Position numbers and translations under genes: made by a program. The notes beneath the pieces were generated by a model. It worked only from the letters and a program-made list of their open reading frames with translations, was not told the DNA's origin and ran no database searches. A stretch of 64,000 nucleotides of DNA from the human T2T-CHM13v2.0 reference genome, Homo sapiens, in assembly GCF_009914755.1 (NCBI RefSeq), contig NC_060925.1. The stretch is one strand, 5' to 3'. This document shows, in pieces, positions 31,168-46,520 of the stretch (positions within the stretch are counted from its first letter, which is position 1; the number at the start of each line of letters is the position of its first letter).

Positions 31168-31307
31168 TTTTTTTAATAAATTTTTAAAAATATAGACACA
31201 GAATCTCGCTACGTTGACCAGGCTGGTCTTGAATTCCTGGGCTCAAGCAATCCTGCCTCAGTCTCCCAAAATGCTGGGATTACAGGCATGAGCCACCACG
31301 TCCAGCC
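31168..31307 (-). mobile_element. FLAM/Alu monomer
   Basis: Single left-arm homology. Confidence 0.8.
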
Positions 31308-32477
31308 GTTTGGCCATATTTCTATTGAGTTGTTGATCTTTAGCTTGTTGACTTCTAGCAGATCTTTGTATATTAGGGAAAGGAACTTTTGGATGTGATA
31401 AGCATTGCAAATATTTCCCCTAGCATTTCTTTGTGTTATGAATTCATAGTATCCTACATGACTTATTGTTATTAATCCTTTTGACTGCTAGGTTTGGTTG
31501 ACATACAAAATTTGTTGTTTTCTGTTTATTACATTTCACTCAGGCACCTTGTTAATTCTCTTATTATATGTAATAATTGTTCAGCCCCAACATTTTATAA
31601 TATCTTTGCCAAATTAGTCTTCCTAATTACTTGTCTGCTTGGGTCCTATCACTGACTCTGCAGAACCTAACAAATTAGCTTTTAAGGTATTCTAGCATTT
31701 GTTCTCAAACACAGTCTACCTTCCAGAATACGTAATTTATGCTCTGACCAAGTTAGACATATTTTCATACCCAGAACTCATACTTCCTTACCCCCAAAAC
31801 TTTATTGATGCCACCCCCTCGGTAATTCCCTTCCCCTACTATATCTGCTATTATAATCTTACTTGTCCTTTAGAAGTCAGCTCATATATCACCACTGCTT
31901 CTATGAAGTCTTTCCTGATTTCTTCAGTCAGAAGGGCTCTTTCTCACCTTTGAACTCACACAGCACTCTGGATCTCTTTTAGGACACTAACTACATTCTC
32001 TCTTATGCTTGAGTTATTTTTGGTCTGTGTCTCATTCCTCCTAATAAACAGTGAGCTCATTCATTCAGCCATTTCTAATGATACGATATACCAGGCATCA
32101 TTCCACCTAACTAGGAAGAAAGACAACTTTAAGCTATGTGTTTTGCCAATTTTGGTCAAGTAAAGTGTCATATGTAGTAGGTAATCAATGAATATTTTAA
32201 GTTGGTAAATGGATGGATAAATGGATGAAAGGATGACTATGGTATGTGTGGGATGAGAGGTGTGGGCTATTTGGCTTTGCTTTGATCATTGTGATGGTAG
32301 AGGGGTTAGTAGGGTAAGACAGCTTATTTGACATTTATGAAGCTCACGGAATTCTTAAGTCACCCAGGGTTGCCAATCCATTATCACCTTGGGTTGTGAG
32401 TAGAGGGGAGGAAATGTGGAGGGTGAGCACAACTGTCCAGTTGACCATCCAGAGACATGTCTATTAAAAGAAATGCA

Positions 32478-32770
32478 GGCAGGGCACGGTGGCTCACACC
32501 TGTAATCCCAGCACTTTGGTGGACGGAGGTGGATGGATCACTTCAGCCCAGGAGCTCGAGACCAGCCTGGGCAACATAGTGAGACCCCATCTCTACAAAA
32601 AATTTAAAAATTATCTGGGTGTGGTGGCATGTGCCTGTACTCCCAGCTACTCAGGAGGCTGAGGTGGGAGAATCACCTGACCCTGAGAGGTTGAGGCCGC
32701 AGTGAGCTGTGATGGCACCACTGCACTTTCACCAGGGCAACAGAGCGAGACCCTGTCTAAAAAAAAAAGA
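32478..32770 (+). mobile_element. AluJ-type
   Basis: Full dimer; TSD aaaagaaatg. Confidence 0.9.
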
Positions 32771-33109
32771 AAAAGAAATGTAATCCTGGTCACAAGCAAT
32801 GACTACTCTTTAATTGTACCACAGTGCTCTCCCAATATCTATCTGTTGAGTACCCTTTCCATTCTATATATCTGGTCCTTTTTTTAGGCCTCTCTAGTTG
32901 ACATGCGGCTGTGGTAAGTTTGTTTATTCTTCTATATCTTTGGATTTAGACTCTCTTCTGGAAGAACTTTGAATAGGCTGTCCCAGGCAAGAGGGTCTGA
33001 AGAGAGAACCCAGAGAAAAGCTGTTCTTTAGATTCTCCATCTACCAAGCACAAACGTCTTCCAATTCTGCTGCTAAATGCAAGCGTCTGGAGAATCAGCC
33101 AGGAGGGAA

Positions 33110-33365
33110 AGAGTTAAGTGAGGACTGCTTTGGGGCCTGGGTCCAGAGCCTGCATTCCTTCCTCCCAGAAATCTGCCAGCCTATGGGGCCAGAGGCTAAA
33201 TTTAGAGGGTGGCTAAGGTTTCCTGTTAACAGCTGTCCTGCCCCTAGGAGAAGAAGCCCTGAGGAAGGAGGTGGCTGGTTCCTGTCTCACTGGCCGGAGC
33301 TTCAGCTTCAGTCATTTCATCTGGGTCCCTCAGCCCTTGGTGGGGAACATCCAGGCAGGTTAGAG
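33110..33365 (+). promoter_or_regulatory. STYXL2: Probable STYXL2 muscle promoter and non-coding first exon
   Basis: TTAAGTG 33114-33120, MCAT CATTCCT 33153-33159, MEF2 CTAAATTTAG 33196-33205, E-box CAGCTG 33230-33235; consensus donor GAG|GTGAGT at 33365/33366; the acceptor at 34004 requires an upstream exon. Confidence 0.7.
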
Positions 33366-33978
33366 GTGAGTGTGCTTCTCCCCTTGTCAATCCTGGTGAG
33401 CCCAGGACTTACAATACAAGGGGCAGCGGCTTTGCCCTGAGTGTCAGGGCACAGCCATGATGGCTGGGACCAGCTGCTGGTATCCTTCATGTCCTTTAAT
33501 AGGCTCCAGGATGACGCCTGAGCCAAAGGCCCTACCTCCTGTGGCCTTGGTTAGAGACACCGAAGGCCAGCTGTGTCTTCCCCAGCAGAGACAAAGGTGT
33601 GCGCATGGGCATAGGTGAGGGGCGTGTGTGTATGCACATCCTATAATTTCAACTGAAAAATCTTGCTGGTCCAGGGAAGTCATTGTTCTTCAACTTTTTG
33701 AGCTGAGATCAGGTAACCTGCTGGCTCCTCTGCCTGCTCCCTTGCTGACATCTGTGGAAGGAGCCACACTGGCACTTCAATATTGTCACTTCAAGGTGGG
33801 CTCCTAATATGGCGGGGTGCACTTCTTGGTGTCCCGGTAACAGTGGCTGGGCCAGGTCTGACTGGATATTCCTTGCTGGTCTTTTGCCCACCGGGACCTT
33901 CCTAGTCCTAGTTCCACTGAGGTGACATCACCAACACAACTTCTCCCCCAACAAAACCTCAGGAACCTAATTCCCTAA

Positions 33979-34131
<153 letters not shown>

Positions 34132-35186
34132 TAAGTGACCACTTATCTCCCACCCTCACAGCCCCAGCTGGGAGGGGCTGGGGACAGGTTGGGCCATTAG
34201 CTCCAGGGAGCCTGCAGCCATCACCTCGGTTCACTCATTTAACAAATATTATTGAGTACTTGTATGTGTCCTACTTTCTGGAGGAGGTAAATATGCAAAT
34301 AGACTGATTGCAATGTGGCAGGTGTGTGCTAGATATTAATATGACCAGGATCTAGTATGTGGTGGACTAGACAATAGGGAAGGGAACAACTGGACTTGGA
34401 AGGTCATAGGAGGCTTGGCTGGAAGAGATGATGATGGACCCGAACCTCAGAGGATGAGTAGGAATTTGGCCCTGCTTGATTCAGTAGGACTGGGGCTGGA
34501 TATGGGGATGACAGGCCGTAGACTATAAGAAAAGGGATGAGGAGAGGAGAAGCCCATGGAAGCATTCCCTAGCACTAAAATAATTTTTTATCCATAATCA
34601 AGCTGTGTCTTTTAAACTGGGACATGTGCATGCCTGGGGCAAGTGGCAAGATGCCAAGAGGCATGAGGCATCTTCCTGGAGAGTCCTCTTTTTACCACAA
34701 GTAATTTGAAACTTTCTTTTACATTAAAATCATCGACGTTATGTTATCATGTAGAATGAAAAAAATGTGCATAACATTTTAAGACAAACCACGAGACGTT
34801 AAAGAAATGTCGTGCTTAATTGCCTGCTAAAACAATACTGTGTGTGCCTGTCCATTTTCTTCTGTCATAAATCATAACAGGAGACCTGACTTTTAATCAC
34901 ATCTCTGTCACCAAATTGGTGTGAAGAATAACTGAAGTGATTGAGCCTTTAGTTGGAAACGCCTAACTAAAACATCTGAAATTAACTTCCCCTCTAAGAA
35001 TTTATCATTCTGCTTGATTTCACTTTTCTCTGATGCTCTTGGGATCTTGCTGGCTCCTGCTTCCTGTGTCAAAAGGCTTCCCCAGTGGAGTAAGACAGGA
35101 ATGAGGGCAGGTGCTCAGCACTCATGGGCCAGGGCACTTCGCCCAAATGGAGCTTAGAGACTTCTCCTTTAAAATTCAGCATTATG

Positions 35187-35443
35187 TTGGGAGGCCGAGG
35201 TGGGAGGATCATGAGGTCAGGAGATCAAGCCCAGCCTGGCCAATATAGTGAAACCCCATCTCTACTAAAAATACAAAACTTAGCCAGGTGTGGTGGTAGG
35301 TGCCTGTAATCTCAGCTACTCAGGAGGCTGAAGCAGGAGAATCACTTGAACCCGGGAGGCGGAGGTTTCAGTGAGCCGAGATCGCGCCACTGAACTTCAG
35401 CCTGGGCGACAGAGCGAGACTCCATCTCAAAAAAAAAGAAAAG
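35187..35443 (+). mobile_element. 5'-truncated AluS
   Basis: TSD aaaattcagcattatg 35171-35186/35444-35459. Confidence 0.9.
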
Positions 35444-36689
35444 AAAATTCAGCATTATGGTCCCACTTAGGAAAACTCTCAGGATTGAGAGATTTAACAT
35501 AGGTCCTCCTCTCTTGTATACCCCCGAATAAGGCAGAGGTCGCTTCGTGTGTGGTTGGGATAGGTGACAGTTTCGTGTGTTGCTAAGAGTAATGCTAGCT
35601 ATTATATCTAAAGGACATTTCTTTCTTGCTCAAATAAGTTCCAAAACAGGTACCTGAGCAGTGATTCAAGAACTAAGACTCCTTCTGTCTTGAAGGTTCA
35701 CCACTTTAAAGCATGGCTTCTAAAGTCACAATGCTCATCAGTATTAACATAAAATGGAGACAAGCACGGAGAATTTCCCAGGAGGTTTTATGGTCCAGAT
35801 GTGAAAATGGCCACTTCATTTTCACTCATATTCTATCGTCTAGAACTCAGCAAGGTCATGCTTTCTTGCAAAGAAGGATGGGAAATAAGGCCCATGAGCC
35901 CAAGAAAAAGAGGAAATCAGTGTGTCGATAATAGCAGTCTCAGCCACAATGTACTCCTCTAGTCAGTCAATCCATGTTATCTTTTTTTTCCCCACCTATA
36001 GAACATGTTTACTGCCTCCTAAGTGAGGCAACTCAAAATCCCACTTACCAACTGCTGCATATGTAGTTCCAGGCTAGGTTCTCCAATGGGTGTGCATTCT
36101 GTCCCTCAGGCCTGAATGCAACACATTATGGTCGGATCAGGATAACTGCCAAAAACAGCTACCATTTTATAAAAGGAGGAAGAGGAAATACTGCTGTCAT
36201 ATCATTAATGAACATGTTGACCCAGGATGTGAGGAGTCCTCCTAGATTTGACCTTGATTTGTCTCTCTGAGAGAAATACCCTTGTCTATTGTTCTCTTTG
36301 ACCTCTAGCTCTGCCCTCCTAGCTGTCTTGCTTGTCCATTATCCTCCATAGCCACGTTGAAGACATGTCTTCCTTGAAGGCTGTATAGCTTTTGCAGACT
36401 GTGTCCTGTTTATGAAAATTTGGTGGCTCTGGGACTGTTTTAAGGTTTATGCCACGCAAAAGCTTTTGGAAGTTCCTGGTTTCTTTGAAAATACGACCCT
36501 TTCAAAAACTCAATAGGTTTATGATCTATGTAGATTAGACAACTCCATGTGTTACTAACCACACTCAAAGTTCTTTCCTAGATATAGTTTTCAATCCTGA
36601 TTCATTCATTTGCCTTTTTGTCTCCGTTTAATGATAGTTATCTTGGGAGGTTATCTGAAACTGTAAATTTGGGTGGGGAGTCCAAGATG

Positions 36690-39090
<2,401 letters not shown>

Positions 39091-39107
39091 ATTTATTTTA
39101 AAAACTG

Positions 39108-39523
39108 CCTGTCTTGGTCTCTTTTCTGTTGCTATAACAGAATACCTGAGACTGGGTAATGTACAAAGAATAGAGGTTTATTTGGCTCATAGCTCTGGAG
39201 GCTGGAAAGTCCGAGATCAAGTGGCCACATTTGGCAAGGGCCTCATGCTGCCTCATAACATGGCAGATGGCATCACATAGCATGAGTGCATGTGAAAGAG
39301 GAGAGCAGGCATGTGCAAAAGAGACCAAATGCAAGAGGCAGCCTCACTTTATAACAACCCCCTCTCATGGTAACTAATCCAGTCCCCCAAGAGCAAGAAC
39401 TCATTCCCATGAGAAAAGCATTCCTCTCTCTTAACAACCTAATCACCTCTTAAGACACTACCTTCCAATGCCACCCCATTGGAGACCAAGCCTCAACATG
39501 AGTTTTGGTGAGGACAAACCATA
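39108..39523 (-). mobile_element. MST-type MaLR solo LTR
   Basis: tgttgctataacagaatacctgagactgggtaat...caacatgagttttgg..caaaccatag. Confidence 0.85.
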
Positions 39524-40189
39524 GAATTGCCCTAGGAAATACGTATTTTATTAACTGCCTATCACTTTGGGGTGATTGAGCTTCTCAGATTGTTGATTGA
39601 GGAAGGCAAATAACAAATATGACACAAAGGGGCAGGGGTGAAGGGAATCACCGAAAGGGGAAACAGGAGGCAGGGAAGATTAATTCTGCTGGTTTCACAA
39701 TTTTACATCACCTTAGCCTACCACAAGACAAAAGCACTGAAGCAAAGGCATTCAGTCCTTAGCCTTTTCAGCAGCCATTCTCCCTTCCTAGGCAAAAACA
39801 GGCTCAACCTGAAAGACCCACTTTACTGTACAATGGGCTGAACTTCCTTAAAACATGGCCCCACATCCAGAGCAAATGTTCTCTGGATTTGCAGTGACTG
39901 CTGCTGAATCCTGTTGGTTTTAATGCGCTTCTTGGTTTGTGTATACTACTCAGCAATTGATTTCTAGAAACTTATCCCAAATCATCTAGCCCTTTTCAGA
40001 AATTCTCAAGGAAGGCAAACATGTGGTGGCACTTCATAGGCTATCTCTTCCCACAATGGCCTCATAAAATCTGAACTCTAAACTATTACATTTGCACAGG
40101 CTTTGGAGCTATCATCCAATCGATCCCACTTTACTTCACAGAACCACACCTAAACCAGTTCAGATGAATGAGTCTACAGTGCTTTTTAA

Positions 40190-41470
40190 AAAATGAAAAC
40201 AGAACCTATAGACTTGGAGAAAATATTTTCAAATTACATATCTGATAAAGAACTTCTGTCTAGAATATATTTTTTAAAACTCCCACAACCTACTAATAAG
40301 GAAACAAACAACTCAATTAAAAAGCGGACAAATGATTTGAATACATATTCACCAAAAATGATATGTGGATGGCAAATAAGCACATGAAAAGATGCTCAAA
40401 ATCCTTAATCATTAGGGACACACAAATCAAAACCACAATGAGTTACCGTTACATTACTATTAAAATATCTGAAATTAAAAAGATTGACCATACCAAATGT
40501 TGGTGGAAAATGTAGAGTACTTGGAACAATCTTATATACTGCTGGTGGGAATGTAAAATAGTCCATTTTACAGTTTTTCAGTTTCTTATAAAATTAAACA
40601 TACATCTACCTAAACATGCACACCTATATCTACATGATCCCATCATTCTACTCCTAGGTATATACTCAAGAGAAATGAAGGCCTATGTCTGCAGGGCACA
40701 GTGGCTCATGTCTATAATCCCAGCACTTTGGGAGGCTGAAGCAAGTGGATCACCTGAGGTCAGGAGTTTGAGACCAGCCTGTCCAACAGAGTGAAACCCC
40801 ATCTTAACTAAAAATACAAAAATTAGCTGGGTGTGGTGGTGGGCACCTGTAAGCCCAGCTACTTAGGCTGAGGCAAAAGAATCACTTGAACCAGAGAGGT
40901 GGAGGTTGCAGTGAACCAAGATTGCACCACTGCACTTCAGCCTAGGCAACAGAGTGACAGTCCATCTCAAAAAAAAAAAAAAAAAAGCCTATGTCTATGC
41001 AAAGACTGGGACATGAATGTTCATAGCAGGTTTATTTGTAATAGCCAAAAACCTAAAAACATCCTAGATGTCCAATGACGAGTGAATGGATAAACACATT
41101 GTGTCACATTTACACATAGGAATACTATACAGCAACGAAAAGAAATGAACTATTGATTCATACAACAACATGGATGAATCTCAAAATAATTACACTGCTT
41201 GAAAGTCAGACAAAAAAGGGTACATACTATATTATTCCATTTATATAAAATTCTAGAAAATGCAAACCCATCTCTACAGTGGCAGAAAGCAGTTTAATGG
41301 TTGCCTGGGGGGCATAGGGCAGGGAGGGGGTGAGAGGGAGGGCTTAAAAAGGGGCACACGGGATGATGTGACCTTGGTTGCAGTGATGGCTTCACGGATG
41401 TATACATATGTCAAATCTTGTATATTTTAAATTTGTGCAGTTTGTATATCAATAATAAAGCTGTTTTTTT
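40190..41470 (+). mobile_element. L1MB/L1MA-type 3' end with inserted AluSx (40690-40986)
   Basis: ORF2 C-terminal relic (LEKIFSNYISDKELLSRIY); Alu TSD gcctatgtct. Confidence 0.85.
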
Positions 41471-42069
41471 AAAATATATATATATATATAAAAGATAAAT
41501 AAAACCCTCTTTTAGGAGGCAGTATGATACTGTGGAAAGAAATTAAGTGGTGCAGTGGAGACCAAAATTGAGGTCAGACCTGCCCTCCTACTTATAAACC
41601 CTTGAAAGCTTGCTTAAATTACTTAATCAAAAAAATCAGAATACCAGTTTTACCCAGGAGTAGAGAATAAATAATACAACATATATAAAGGTATACTAGG
41701 TATTTGATAAATGGTGGTTCTCATACCTTTTCCTTCCAGAAAAAGATATCTGACAACAAAATTTTTTCAGTAACTCATCATGTCAAGAAATTTTTATTTA
41801 GCCAGAGTCCCACACACACTGATTAAGACATCATGCTTCTCTAATTCTGCCATGAGCAAATCCTGTATTCTAAGAAGCAGAGTATCACTTACTGATATTT
41901 GTCCCCATTCTGAACAGTCCTCCTTGTACTTGATAAGTGCCTGAAATTCCATCCTTCTGGTTTTATGACTTCAGGTAAAGGTTTGAGTCTTTAAGTTAAA
42001 TTTTAAGTCTTCTTTAAGTTAAATTACGCACCAAGTCAGCAAATACCTCACCACCGGACTCTTAGTCCT

Positions 42070-42438
42070 TGTACTAGTTTCCTAGGGCTGCCACAGCAAA
42101 TTACTGAAATCAAGCTGGTGACAGAGCCACACAGCCTCCAAAGACTCTAGGGAAGACTCCTTCCTTGTCTCTTGCTCGTTTCTGTTGGCTCGGGCGTTTC
42201 TTGCATTGTGGCAGCATAATTCCAATCTCTGCCACTCCTCCAAAAGGCCGTCTGCTCTGTCTTCTCTTCTCTTATAAGGACACTTGCCACTGGCTTTAGA
42301 GTCCATCCTAATTTAGGGTTATCTCATCTCAAAAGCTTTAACTTAATTACTCCTGCAATGATCCTTTTTCCAAAAAAGATTACATTCCCAGGTTTTGGAA
42401 GACATACCATTTTGGAGGGCACCGTTCAACTCACTACA
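42070..42438 (-). mobile_element. MLT1-type MaLR solo LTR
   Basis: tgtactagtttcctagggctgcc...ttcaactcactaca. Confidence 0.8.
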
Positions 42439-42946
42439 GCCCTATATCCAGCCCCTAGGAAACAGAATTTTACTCTTTCCTGTGGAACTAGAACAGAGCC
42501 TTGCAAAACTTCACCCAGTGATCCAAACAGCCACTAGCAGCCAGCCAAAATTAGCAGGGATGTACCCTGCTTGCTGTCCTGGCAGGGAGTCTTAACATTT
42601 CAAGTCTCATCTGTAAATCTCATCCTAGGGTGAATTAAGAATCTGAGAAAGGGGTGTAGACAATGGATGGGGTATCAAATCTTCATTTTTGCCTGAGTTA
42701 GGCACTAACTTCAAACACCTTAAATTCAAACCTAGCCACTATGAGTCACTCTCTGGAAGAAAATGGGCGGTTAGAGATTCATCCATCTCACAGCTAGGCA
42801 AATTTCCCTAAGTGATTCATGAGTTGACACTGAAATTTAAAACCCCCTGTCAGTGGGGTAGCTTGGTGGGGACTTCTCCCTTACCTATAGTCTCCGTCAG
42901 GCCTTCCCAGTCACCTAAACAAATACAGCCTAAGAAGTAAGTGCAC

Positions 42947-43232
42947 AGCCGGGCGCGGTGGCTCACGCCTGTAACCCCAGCCCTTTGGGAGGCCGAGGTA
43001 GGCGGATCACAAGGTCAGCAGATCGAGACCATCCTGGCTAACACGGTGAAACCCCGTCTCTACTAAAAATAGAAAAATTAGCCTGGTGTGGTGGTGGGCG
43101 CCTGTAATCCCAGCTGCTCAGGAGGCTGAGACAGGTGAATGGCATGAATCGGGAGGCGGAGCTTGCAGTGAGCCGAGATTGGGCCACTGCACTCCAGCCT
43201 GGGGGACAGAGCCAGACTCTGTCTTGAAAAAA
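42947..43232 (+). mobile_element. AluY/Sc-type
   Basis: TSD aagaagtaagtgc on both sides. Confidence 0.9.
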
Positions 43233-44043
43233 AAGAAGTAAGTGCGCTTGTAATGCAAACCAACCTCTGCCCGTCCCCCCACCCCCCGTCTCTTCCTTCT
43301 TAGCTATTATCATCAGTTTTCTCTTCTTTCCAACTAAAGGAGCAAAGGCATTTTTATCATTCTCTTGTTCCTGATTTGAAGAATGGTTTCTACTTGACTT
43401 TATATCTTTCCAAGTCAAAATCCGTTCCTTGCTTTGGCTTTTAGATCTGAACTTTTCAAGACTTCGCAGTTTTGTAGAACTGCTTGGTAAGGCTCGATCA
43501 GGCTTCCTGTCACGGTGACACTGTTTCCCTTGACCTTCAGTGAATTTCTTTAACTGTGCTCTCCTTTCCCTTCCTGTGGCGAGCAAGCATCTGTGGTGGG
43601 TGTGGTAGGAGACAGGGGCATGAAGTGTAATTTCTCTGTGTTTTCGTTATGTTTCTTTGGGAAATGGCTCCTCCTGTCCATCCTTTCTCCTTTACATTTC
43701 TTTTTTGGTGAAAATTTCTCCACCTCAGCTCTTTCACTAAGCCTGTTGGAAGCAGCTTGCTAAAAATCTATTTTCTTCCGTTTACTGACTTCTCTTCTTC
43801 CTTAGAGCCTGCACTTTGCCTGTGTGTAGTCATTTTCTCTGAAGTCACTGAAAACTTAGAGCTCAGAAACCTTGTCCTTTTTTGCAAAAGCCCAATCAAG
43901 AAAGACACCTCCTCCTGGGCCTCTACCTCCATTTCACTTCCAAGGGACTCCTTGACAGGAAGTGATCAGCTATAGGAAAGTCTGGGCTGAAGGACCCCAA
44001 TTCCACTACATTCCGTGTCTGGACAGCAGGCAACTAGTTTAAA

Positions 44044-44380
44044 GCAACGGCTTTCAAACTTTGCTGACTATAATCTGCACTATGACAATGCCATTTGCAT
44101 CTCAACTCAGAGATATATACACATATACATAAATTTTTAAAAGTTCACAAAACTACACTTATCCTTACAATGGGTGGTGCTATTCCCTTTCTTTCCCCTC
44201 CTCCTTCCCTCCCTTTCTTCCTCTTTGCCTTCCTTCCCTCCCTCCCTTCCTTCCTTCTTTCCTTCCTTCCTTCCTTTTTTTCTGTTTCCTTTTTTCCTTT
44301 CTGTCCCAGATGCTGAACACAACCCACTGAATTGATTTTATGATACATGGATTGGTCAGTCTGCAATTTTGAAAAACGCA
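44044..44380. mobile_element. hAT-Charlie (MER119-like) relic with internal (CTTC)n
   Basis: caacggctttcaaac ... ttttgaaaaacgcag inverted ends; acccactgaattgatttt motif. Confidence 0.55.
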
Positions 44381-46019
44381 GGTCTAAAGCAAGCTGCACC
44401 ACTCTCCGGCTTTTGGTTAGGAAGTCCATCAAACTCCCCTTTATTGTTCCTCTTTCAATTCAGCCTCAAGGCTTTTTAGCAGCTGCTTCCTGATCCTATG
44501 ATGAGGTATGTATCGATCCTAGGTCCTTTTTTTCCCTGCCTGTCTTTCTTGAACAGCCAGCCCTCACTGCTTTCTAATCAGGGTGTGAGTGTCATCTCAC
44601 TCCATCTCAGGTATGCCAGCTGGGACACAGACATAGTCATAAATCAAAACCTCTAGGGCTGCCATCTCACTGACCTTGCAAATATAAACAGGGCCAGTTG
44701 TTCAGGTCTCTCCCTCCTTCCTCTTTTCTATTTCTGCAGTCCTCCTTCTCTGTGGAAAACAAGCGTCCGTTTTAGGTCTTGCCCCCACACCTTTCTTTAT
44801 TAGACTTAATAAACCGTGTCTGTGGCAAACAGTTTTATGACTATTAGGTTTACATCTCCCCCTCATGGCGGCTGACTCGTAAAAGCATTTGTAATCTACA
44901 TTGTACATTCCACACTGGGTAATACGGAGCAGAGTTTAATGTTGCTCACATTTTAGCATCAGCAGCCAAAGACAGAAACATCGTGGGGCTGAGGAGGAAA
45001 TCTGTTCTTCATCCCCCCTCTTTTCTCAATTACAAAGCTGCCAGCTTCTCAAGAGTATACCGGGTAGGCTCTTCACGTATGATTTCTCAGGTTTGCTGAC
45101 TCATTAGCCGAACTTCAATCTTTACCACCCATTAGAAGGAAAGATGTTTCACAGAGATTTCTCTTTTCAAATTCTCCCCTATCAAACCCACAGCCTCAGA
45201 GTGTAGGTATATTTAGGACAGATTCTTGATTCTCAGTATTTGTTATTTAAAACCAAATCCTCACAATTTAAAGTCAACGTTATTTAGGGAAAGTGGCAGG
45301 ATGGAGTGCTCCCGGATGGATAATCCCAGGCCAGGATCCTGGCAGTCCCACCTGCTGAGTTCCTTGCAAGGCCTTTCTGCACACCTGACAGGTAAGGGCG
45401 CCTCCTGTGTCTATTTTCAGTCTGTATCAGTTGCTTGGAATACTGATTAGAGATGTGAGAAAGCCTCTTTGGGACACAAAGGAACAAAGAAAACGGACCA
45501 AGTAGGAGAAATGTGGTGCTGTGCAAGGAAGAAGGCCTTGTAATCCCTACAGTAATACAATAATTCTCAACATGGATCTGTTTGGTTTGGTTTTGCCCCA
45601 AACCTCATTTTACATAATACTGACCCTTAATAAATAAAATGATTAATGTTTTGTTAATAGGAGTATAAATAGTATTAATTACTGAAAAATAAAATAATAA
45701 AACTCCCTTAATAAATATTGTTGAAATGGAAAATATGACTGCTCACATTTATATAAAATCTGGGGCTTTGATTCTAGTTTTATGAAATATTGTCATATGA
45801 AAACTAGCTGTCCTGAACCCTTGGAGCTCAGAATGTCCACCAGGTCTGTTATAGAGGCAAGGTTTGCTCTACCATATTGGCATTATTTTGTTGTTGCTTC
45901 CCATCTGTAACATATTTGCCTCAGTCACTGATATTTATAGGTTGTGTATCACTATTGAGGAGAAGAGTGCCTAAGCATTTGCTTAAAACTTGCTTCCTAG
46001 CCCTTGGAATAGCACTATT

Positions 46020-46520
46020 CCTGTTATCTATTGGTGCTTAACAAATTACCCCAAAACTTAATGACTAAGGACAATAATTTCATTTTGCTCCCCTTTTTGT
46101 GGGTCAGGAATTTGGACAGGACTTGACTGGGCAGTTTTTCTGTTTCATATGGCATCAGCTGGAGTGGCCTGATGGGCTGCAAGGTCCATTTCTAAGAGGA
46201 TCATTCACATGGTTGGCTGTTGGCTGGGAGCTCAGCAGGGACTGTTGACCAGTGGCCTTTCTAGCTTGGTGTTCTGGGGGTAGTCGGACTTCTTATATGG
46301 CAGCTCAGGAGTTCCCAGAAAAAGAGTGTCAAGACCCAAAGAAGGAAAGCTTCCCTCAAGACGTGGGTTCAAAAACTGATCAATTATCACTTCCACCATG
46401 TTGCATTCTATTGGTCAGAGTAGTCACAGAGACTACCCAGATTCTAGGGCAGTAGACATAGACCCCACCTCTCTAGGCAAGGAGTATCACAGATCTGGGG
46501 TGACCATTACTCTACCATAA
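46020..46520 (-). mobile_element. MLT1-type LTR
   Basis: aacaaattaccccaaaactta...gggtcaggaatttg...ctattggtcagagtagtcacag. Confidence 0.7.

Noticed and set aside
44498-44600. ATGATGA resembling a snoRNA C box
   Set aside because: No suitably placed CTGA D box with terminal stem seen
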